From Octopus bimaculoides (lineage: Eukaryota), in contig NC_068999.1 of NCBI RefSeq assembly GCF_001194135.2, positions 2,514,935-2,578,934 of the forward strand: 64,000 bases of DNA, read 5' to 3'. A program made the position numbers and the translations under genes. The notes under the pieces were generated by a model. That model saw only the letters and a program-made list of their open reading frames with translations, ran no database searches and was not told the DNA's origin. Every line of letters begins with the position of its first letter. Positions within the stretch are counted from its first letter, which is position 1. Below, one piece after another: positions 56,530 to 64,000 of the stretch.

Positions 56530-57270
56530 TGTTGTTGTCTTTGTGGCCATGTGGGCAATTGCACATGCTGTATTACACATCCTGAGCAAGGTTCAATCCC
56601 TTCCAGAAGCACTATCCTTGGTGTTTATAAAATTATAAAAATTTGAAATTTTTTTAAAATAAAATATTTACTCCCCTGCTCTTGTAATTCCTTGGAAGAG
56701 TTACAGATTGAAACCCTCTCCCAGTGCATTAAATCCCTACTTACTAATTTTTATTTTATCTTTAGCAATGATAGATTTAAATATCTCTTAATTTACTACA
56801 TTACTGTTGGGTGTCTTGGTGGTCTCGTGGGTAGAGACACAGACAGCCACATTGAACATCCTGGGCAGGGTTCAATCCTGCCCAGGGCCTGCATTAAGGG
56901 GTCTTACTAAAATTTTTCATTTTTTTTTTTATCTCTAGAGATAAAAAATGAAAATGTTTAATAAGACCCCCTGTATTTCCTGGCAGAGATTAGAAACCTC
57001 TGCTTGTGTCTTGTTACTACTTTTAAACACCCTTACCAACTGGGCCACCAAAGCAGCAACAATTTTTATGAGAAAATTAAGATACTTAAATTTACTTCAA
57101 ATAAATATATGAGGGAGATCTGGTTACTATGTGGCTCTTTCTTTGCACACACACACAATATTTTTGGTGAGTGAAATAGAAGTATTTAATGTCTTTAGTA
57201 ATTTCTGGCAGAGATTTGAAACCTCCACTTCTAAACATCCTGACCTGTTAGGCCACCAAAGCAACAACAA
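56530..57270. repeat. Mirror-symmetric array of four tRNA-head-like units around a central palindrome
   Basis: Units at about 56530-56610 and 56805-56890 (+) and about 56973-57060 and 57198-57270 (-); palindrome 56898-56970 centred on ATCTCTAGAGAT. Confidence 0.55.
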
Positions 57271-57552
57271 TTCTACTACGAAGTGTTGAGTGAGATTTGG
57301 TTACTATGTCAAGGCTGGCTAAAGCCTTGTGAGTCGATTTGGTAGATGGAAACTGAAAGAAGTCTGTCATGTGTGTGTGTGTGTGGTCGATTTGCTCAAC
57401 TAAAAGCGGTGCTCCAGCATGGCCCCAGTTAAATGACTGAAACAAGTAAAAGAGTCTGGCACTCATTTGCATTCAGTTGATCATATTTATTAGAATCAAA
57501 ATTTCCAGATAACACAAAAGTATCTCTGGAGATTTAGAAATGATATATTTCT

Positions 57553-57797
57553 AAATCTCTCAGAGATAAAGCGATAGTATGTCAACTTAATGTGACAGTC
57601 CCATGAAAGGGAAGAATGCTAGTATTATTTAGCCTTAGGAAACACCGTTTCCTGTTGGACTTGACACATTTCCTGAGTCCATGTGTTTTCAAAGTGGAGA
57701 CACAGGAAATGGTGTTTCCTAAGGCTAAATAACACAAGCATTCTTCCATTTTATGGGACTGTTACATTAAGTTGACATCGTTTTACTCTGGAGATTT
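57553..57797. mobile_element. Foldback/MITE; core arms 57579-57655 and 57702-57778 with a 46-nt spacer
   Basis: ATGTCAACTTAATGTGACAGTCCCAT...AAACACCGTTTCCTGT is mirrored on the other arm at about 90% identity. Confidence 0.75.
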
Positions 57798-58282
57798 GTT
57801 ACAAAGAACAATGGAAGACTTGTCACAGGATTTGTCAGGGTCAGGTCAAAAGTCATAAAATAAACGAGCATTGTTTCAGTTCACTTAATTTATCTTTATT
57901 TTGCTGTAAAAAAGTTTTTTAGTTTTAGCTTTTAATTATGAAAGGATGATCTTAAATGAGCTGACAAAGTAAGAGGGTTTGTAAAAGATGAGCTTCATAT
58001 GAACAGAAGCAGGGGCCACACTGCTTTGTGTATGGATGGTATATATTGGATGAGAAGGCACCAGAAGTTGATAATGGGAAGTAGACTTGTTCGAATGAGA
58101 ATAGCTTGAGAACAAATCAGAGAATATTGTGCCTCATAGATTGCAGGATGCAAGCGTAGAAGAGAAATAATGTGGATTAATCCAACCCATGCCAGCAGCA
58201 AGCGAAAAATGTTAAAATGGTGATCAAAATTTTGATTTATACAATCGAAAGACAATCTTGTTTTCATTTGTTTTAAAAATAA

Positions 58283-59524
58283 TCAAAGTTCATCATGGGT
58301 ATTTAGTTGATGGAGTCCTGTACTGCTGTCAGGGTGAGTGCATTTTCCCACATGTAGAATCATGAAAGAAGTTTTATCAACAATAAAGAATAAAAATGGA
58401 TGATTAACTGTGAAAGAGGTTTCATATTTGGCTTTTTTTTCAAACAAATGACTAGATTTTCTGATGGTAGCAGGACTGCTTGTTGTTCCCAGTTCATTGA
58501 AATTGAGAAAACCTTGGTGAAGAATGTCAATTAAGTGTACGTGGGTATTTGTTAAGTTGTTATTTTCCAAATTGAAGAAATGGTCAGTCGTTTCTTTGAA
58601 TAAAATATCTTGAAAAGTCAAGTTAGATTTCATTTGAAACTTGGGTAAAATCAAAGCAACATTTCTTGGAGAAGCCTTGTTAGCAATAATTTGCCATAAG
58701 AGTCGTGATGTCAGCTGTTTTTCTATTGAAGTAATTCCTTCAATATCATCAGGAAGAACGACATAGAAACTAAACCGGTTACCAACCAAGGGTATTTCTA
58801 GACTCCTAAAACTAAAACGTTCATCTGATTTTATAGTAAAATAGTCTTCTGTATACATCATTTCAACAACTTCTGCTTGTTTTTCTGTCACATAAAAGTT
58901 TTCTCTCATGGTAAACTTTCTGTTAAATTGATTTTTCCAAAATCCTTGGAAATGCAAGCTGTTCACTAATACAGCAAATATTTCTTCATTTGTGTTGCCA
59001 AATGACATAAAATTGCTGATTCTATTTTTATGGAACTTATCACTTAATTTATCAATAGTTCTTGGATTAATTTCATCTATTTCCAAAAAGTAGTATTTGC
59101 TAATATTAATGTTGATGTTCGGAAGAAGAACTGGATCAATATATAATTTATTAGATAACTGGAAATTTGATAAACCTTGAACAGTTTTCAAATATTCTGT
59201 AAAACTTTGATGGAATAATTCCCATGAAACAGATGGATAAAGCAGAGATTGGATTTTCTCTGCAGAGTTTATTTTATCAGTCATCTGAACGAATGACAGA
59301 CTTATACTAACAAGAAATGGTGACCAGAGTATGTTTCCTGTCTTTGAATCAAGAAGTTGTTTGAATATTTTCAAAGTGAAATCATTAATTGGTACAGAAA
59401 TGTCATGTTTGTATTGTTGTAGTTTGTCATAATTTGCTGACGGTGTGTCAGCTAAGGCAACGAAATTATTAGTGAATAAAAATATGATATACGTACTTAC
59501 TATGAAAACACTGAATACATACAT
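58283..59524 (-). CDS. Serpin family protein, intronless CDS of 413 aa from the ATG at 59524, with signal peptide and C-terminal HDEL
   Basis: ORF contains NILWSPF, VLVNSLHFQGFWKNQF, FYV...VEMM, LEIPL, VVLPD, LPKFQM, ILHQGFLNFNELGT and FTVNHPFLFFIVD...ILHVGK. The track start is a TTG; the first ATG gives the hydrophobic MYVFSVFIVSTYIIFLFTNNFVALA. A polypyrimidine-AG acceptor at 59543-59544 suggests an upstream non-coding exon. Confidence 0.93.
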   Translation of the reverse strand: MYVFSVFIVSTYIIFLFTNNFVALADTPSANYDKLQQYKHDISVPINDFTLKIFKQLLDSKTGNILWSPFLVSISLSFVQMTDKINSAEKIQSLLYPSVSWELFHQSFTEYLKTVQGLSNFQLSNKLYIDPVLLPNININISKYYFLEIDEINPRTIDKLSDKFHKNRISNFMSFGNTNEEIFAVLVNSLHFQGFWKNQFNRKFTMRENFYVTEKQAEVVEMMYTEDYFTIKSDERFSFRSLEIPLVGNRFSFYVVLPDDIEGITSIEKQLTSRLLWQIIANKASPRNVALILPKFQMKSNLTFQDILFKETTDHFFNLENNNLTNTHVHLIDILHQGFLNFNELGTTSSPATIRKSSHLFEKKAKYETSFTVNHPFLFFIVDKTSFMILHVGKCTHPDSSTGLHQLNTHDEL

Positions 59525-62500
59525 GTTGGTATAGACTGGACGCTGGAAAATATAAACATTACTGAATTTTATTAAAAGAAACAAAACTTTAGATCTTATA
59601 AGCACCAATATGAGGTAGAATAGAGAAAGAAGCTCCCACGAATATGCTTCTAATGTCAGGTAATCTATTGTGTAATTAATAATGTAGTTAATGAGAAAGT
59701 GACAGGTACAGGATTTGAGTCAGCCAATTTCTGTTTTGTTGACATTCATTTACAATTAGTGTGCGATGTTAAAGGAAGGATACGCAAGCACACACACACG
59801 ACAGGCTTCTTTCAGTTTCTGTCTACCAAATCACATCCTTACCATCACCATCTTCAAGTAGAAAGAAGGACAGAAGAGACCTGGATGCATCTTTGCTCAA
59901 AGCGCAGGAATATCCAAGACTATATCATAATTTGACAACAGGGCAGGAGTGATGTGCACATTACACAGGTAATTTGAGGGGCAAACTGTAGCATCGACTA
60001 CTAATAAAGATAGCCTTCGCGGTAGGCACCAAAAGATACAGGACCTGATCTCCCATGTTCATGAAACAGGCAGCAGTAAAGTTGGTGAACAAGATTGTAA
60101 AAGTCATCCTAGAAAAAAATATGAACGAGGCGCTGGAACGATGGAAAAAACAACAAAGGCCTCGAATAAACACAAAATTTTGTCCTATAGTATACGACAC
60201 AACTAAGCAGAGCTTGGAAAAGTTAACATCAAGATGGCTTTGAGTGCGAGGCTATTATTCTTGCTTCATTTTTAGAACAATGAAACCAAGCTCAACAGAA
60301 ATGTCTCTAGGCTCCAAATTCAATCAAATCCTGTTAAATTAAGAAAGGCCAAGACTGGACCACCCCTTGTTGCTATTTTTCAATTACAGAATGGAACTTC
60401 AATAATGTCTTTAAGATTTATAGGCTACACACCTCAGCGGTCTACTCAGTGTTAGCAGATGGATTAACAGAGTTTCATAGGGAAAGAGAAACACANNNNN
60501 NNNNNNNNNNNNNNNNNNNNNNNNNNNNNNNNNNNNNNNNNNNNNNNNNNNNNNNNNNNNNNNNNNNNNNNNNNNNNNNNNNNNNNNNNNNNNNNNNNNN
60601 NNNNNNNNNNNNNNNNNNNNNNNNNNNNNNNNNNNNNNNNNNNNNNNNNNNNNNNNNNNATAATTAAGAGCAGACATCGTCGATGAAGTATCTTTTTGGA
60701 CTATAATTCTTGTTTGTGTATTGAATAATTGAAACATGGTAATTTAACTGAAATTAGTGGTAAAAAGACAAAGAATTTTCACGAAATACTTACATAACTG
60801 AAGAGAAAATCCAGAAACTGTAAAGTTCGTAAAAATTCTGTTAATTGAAAAAAGTCGGTGCTTGTTTGCAAGGGGAGTTAATTCGTTTGAAGAGTCGCAA
60901 CTCTTCTATTCAAGCTGTACTCCACTCTAACAGTTATACTCAGCTCTTCTATTTAAGTTGTGCTCCACTCTTAGAGTCGTACTCAACCGAAAAATATATC
61001 AGAAAAATTAACTGAATGTGGTTTATTTCATCACTATGTTTAGATATAACGCATTAATAATGTTTTTTTGTTAATCAGGTTTCAGTATGTTACAATAAAA
61101 ATTCAGTGGAAAAGAATACAATTTACAAAAGTTATCTGTAAGAAAAAAAAAATGCAAAAAAGCTGTAAAGAAAATGATTTGAAATGAATAAATACATAAA
61201 CAAGAAAAAGCTATGTACACTCTTTCAGTTATACGTCGGGGCTGAGAAAAAATTTTTGCCAGCAGCCTTGCATGCACGAACGTCTCAAAAGCTACAGGTT
61301 TAGGATTAGAGAAATCAAAGTTGATTTCAGTAGAATGCGATCCTTGAGATACGAGGCTCTGAATATCTATTGTGAAACATCTCATATGCCTCTTTCTCCA
61401 GTCTAGCAATAGTCTTGAAAATACTTTTAATACAAATTAAGCCTAATCAAATCAGCTGGCATCTGTTTATATTTTAATAAAGTGAGGTACAAATGGAATT
61501 ATAAACTGCTTCTGTAAATTGAGGTTTTTCGATAAACCAAACATTTGTCTTTAGCAAATGTGACAAGAAAAATTATCTTCAGCCTCATAAATTTGACCTC
61601 TTTCAATTTAATTTCTAACAATTCAACAATTATCAGTCATATTTTAGTGTAGTATTAATTAACAGTTACTCACTCCGTTTTCCTTTTAAATATTTTGGAA
61701 ATTAATTAAATATTTTATAAGAATTTATTTCAATATCGGATTAGCAGTCCATTAGGAGTTATTTCCCTTTACCCGCCAATATCCTTTACTTTTGGAACTT
61801 GAGAATTTTTGTGCAGTTGTAGATTCAATGTTGGATGAGAACCCAACGATGCTACTACTGTCTGTAGACCACAATATGTCAACCGTTTACCAACTGCAGT
61901 TTGGACGGAGTTGTCCTGTAGTTAGGTAGCACTTTGCCCTGGCTATTTGCATCAAAGCAGAATTAGAAATGAGAAAAAAAAAAAAAAAAAAAATTTGCCC
62001 GACGCCGTAGGAATTTCGCAAATTCACCTTTGAATTGGAATTGTATTTATCAGCCCCGTAAGGATGAACGGCAAACCTGTCTTGAATGAAGTTCAAATCT
62101 TTCTCTAATCAAATTTAACTCTCAATCTTTTCATTGTGTTAGCCCAACTCGACTGCCAGCATTTCTTAACTAAATAATGTTTTTTTTTTTTTTTTCATTG
62201 ATAAAAGTTACACATTTGTATGGAAGGACAATATTCGATCGAATATTACTGGTATTGCTTTTAGTGACCAGAAGTTAACAAGCAAAGTCAATTCTAATTT
62301 GATTTGAAGAACGGAAAGGGTCTTCTGCCAGAATAAGTAGTTGGCAGAAACTAGTTATTCTGCCAACACAAAAGTAATTTGTGTTACGTGCGTATTAGTG
62401 CATGTGTACACGCACGAACACAAACACAAACACACACACACACACACGTGTACGTACGTAATTATGTATGTCATGTTTAATACATACTTCTGATTCAGTT

Positions 62501-63669
62501 TGTTAGATTCATTGTATTCTGCCTAAATTGAATTTTTGCGGCCCTTGGAGCGAATAAAGGTATTGGTCAGCGTATGTGTGTGTGTGTGTGTGTGTGCGCT
62601 TGCCTGCACGACGCCTATCCCTGTTGTGTTTGCGTTTACTGTTAGCATTTCAGGTTTTTAATGCTCGTATGTCTATGTGGGCCAAAATTGCTGGCGCATA
62701 TTCTACATGGATGATAACTTGTTTAAGACGTCAGGGTCTGAGATAAAGTAAAGAAAATTAGGTGCCGGTGTAGTATGTGATCTACAGCAACTTAAATCTA
62801 GACTAGCTTGTAGTCTACTTTCAAAATTTTGTTATAAATTTGCAATTGTAATTAGAGGAGTGAGTTAAACATTCAAAAAATAAAAGAAAAAGAAAAATTC
62901 TTATTGATTTTTATTTCATAGGAGAAACATGAATACTCTGACTGTTTGTATACAGCACGGATATCCTTTAAAAATGCAATAAAGAGATTTTGCTCATTTG
63001 ATTTTAAAATCTTCCAACAAATGAAATCTAAATGAGATTGAAAGGTTTGCAAACATTGAAATGCTTCACAAGGTATATCATTTGAACTAATGTAGATCAC
63101 AAGCTATACCAGTACCATGTATGTAGATCACATACAATACACCGGCACCGAAAATTATCTATTATTTCGATGAAGTTTAAAGAACTTCAGGAACCCTCAT
63201 CGCCTACCTGAATATTTCTTTACATAAACAGTACAAGAATTGAATTCAAATAACAAATGAGATTTCTAGCAGTTAATAATATTTTTCTGTTCCTTTATTC
63301 ATTCGATAGCATATATCGGAGATTGGTAAATTATCCTAGAATGTTTATTTCAAGTTGTATTTCTCTTCTTTCTTCCCAGCTTATCATTGTTCTCAACTAG
63401 TTTGGATGTTTTCTCGTTTCACGTTCCAAAATGAAATCAATACCACTTATTATTTGACGCTTAATAATTTTCTTTTTTTTTTTTTTTTATTAAAGTTCTG
63501 CATGTTTCTTTGTGTTTGTAATCCTTACGGTCCTAATTGACTTTGGTTCTCAAACTGAAAAATACAGACTCCCCAACTCTCAAACATATTCGCGAAGATT
63601 TTTGCTTCACATCTCATCATTTGTAAAAGAGATGACGGGTAACACTCATGCTTGCGCGCGTGCACTATA

Positions 63670-64000
63670 TACAGTTTGATGTATTGGTGAACTGTTAACG
63701 GCGTTGGAGAGCATAAATATTAAAGTTATAGTTGAGAAAAAGTTAGTTGACATGGAGGACTGGAAGCCATCTGAATATTGGAAAAGAGTAACCTGCATCA
63801 TGATGATTCGCGTCGGGCATCGAAACACCGACATCATGACTGCTACTCAATGCTCTGAGAACATTGTAAAGGCTGTAAGACATGATACGGACAGCTGCAA
63901 CGGAGACTACACCAAGAAGTGACACAGCAGGCGTTTTGACTGCGTCCACACGCCAGAATTCATTCCCACATCTTTGAATAGGGCCTACGGCTCGCTTCAG
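63670..64000 (+). mobile_element. Degenerate Tc1/mariner-superfamily transposase 5' part (ATG at 63752), truncated by the window end
   Basis: MEDWKPSEYWKRVTCIMMIRVGHRNTDI...KK*HSRRFDCVHTPEFI resembles the mariner/maT N-terminal HTH (IRAGH...I; K.H..RSD..RTPEF). One in-frame stop. Confidence 0.55.

Noticed and set aside
56805-56890. Functional tRNA gene
   Set aside because: D- and T-arm-like stems are present, but there is no convincing acceptor stem or anticodon arm; treated as a SINE-like head.
59525-59608. N-terminal extension of the serpin ORF (441 aa in the track)
   Set aside because: It starts at TTG and spans a polypyrimidine-AG acceptor, so it is intronic or UTR. The ATG at 59524 gives a proper signal peptide.

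Overview
Eukaryotic, AT-rich, intron-rich animal genomic DNA with assembly N-gaps. The SINE/LINE families and microsatellite load suggest a coleoid cephalopod such as Octopus (inference from recalled repeat families). The six-frame ORF track misses almost all real genes because they are split into short exons. Manual splicing gives six protein-coding genes: POFUT1 (+, 3' five exons only), a compact FHA-less aprataxin (+), a C11orf65/MFI-like IQ protein (-), SERP1/RAMP4 (-) head-to-head with EIF2A (+), and a single-coding-exon serpin (-). Main points of interest: (1) two consecutive minor-spliceosome (U12) introns in EIF2A, one GT-AG and one AT-AC; (2) a serpin with signal peptide, C-terminal HDEL and a Pro at hinge P10, predicted ER-resident and non-inhibitory; (3) POFUT1 without the usual KDEL-like tail and with a GC-AG intron; (4) the human-like SERP1-EIF2A divergent pair, with a perfect UPRE upstream of SERP1; (5) a cationic Cys-rich signal-peptide ORF nested antisense in an intron; (6) several foldback/MITE elements, including one carrying inverted telomeric repeats and a mirror array of tRNA-like cassettes. 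All coordinates were read by eye; repeat boundaries are approximate.
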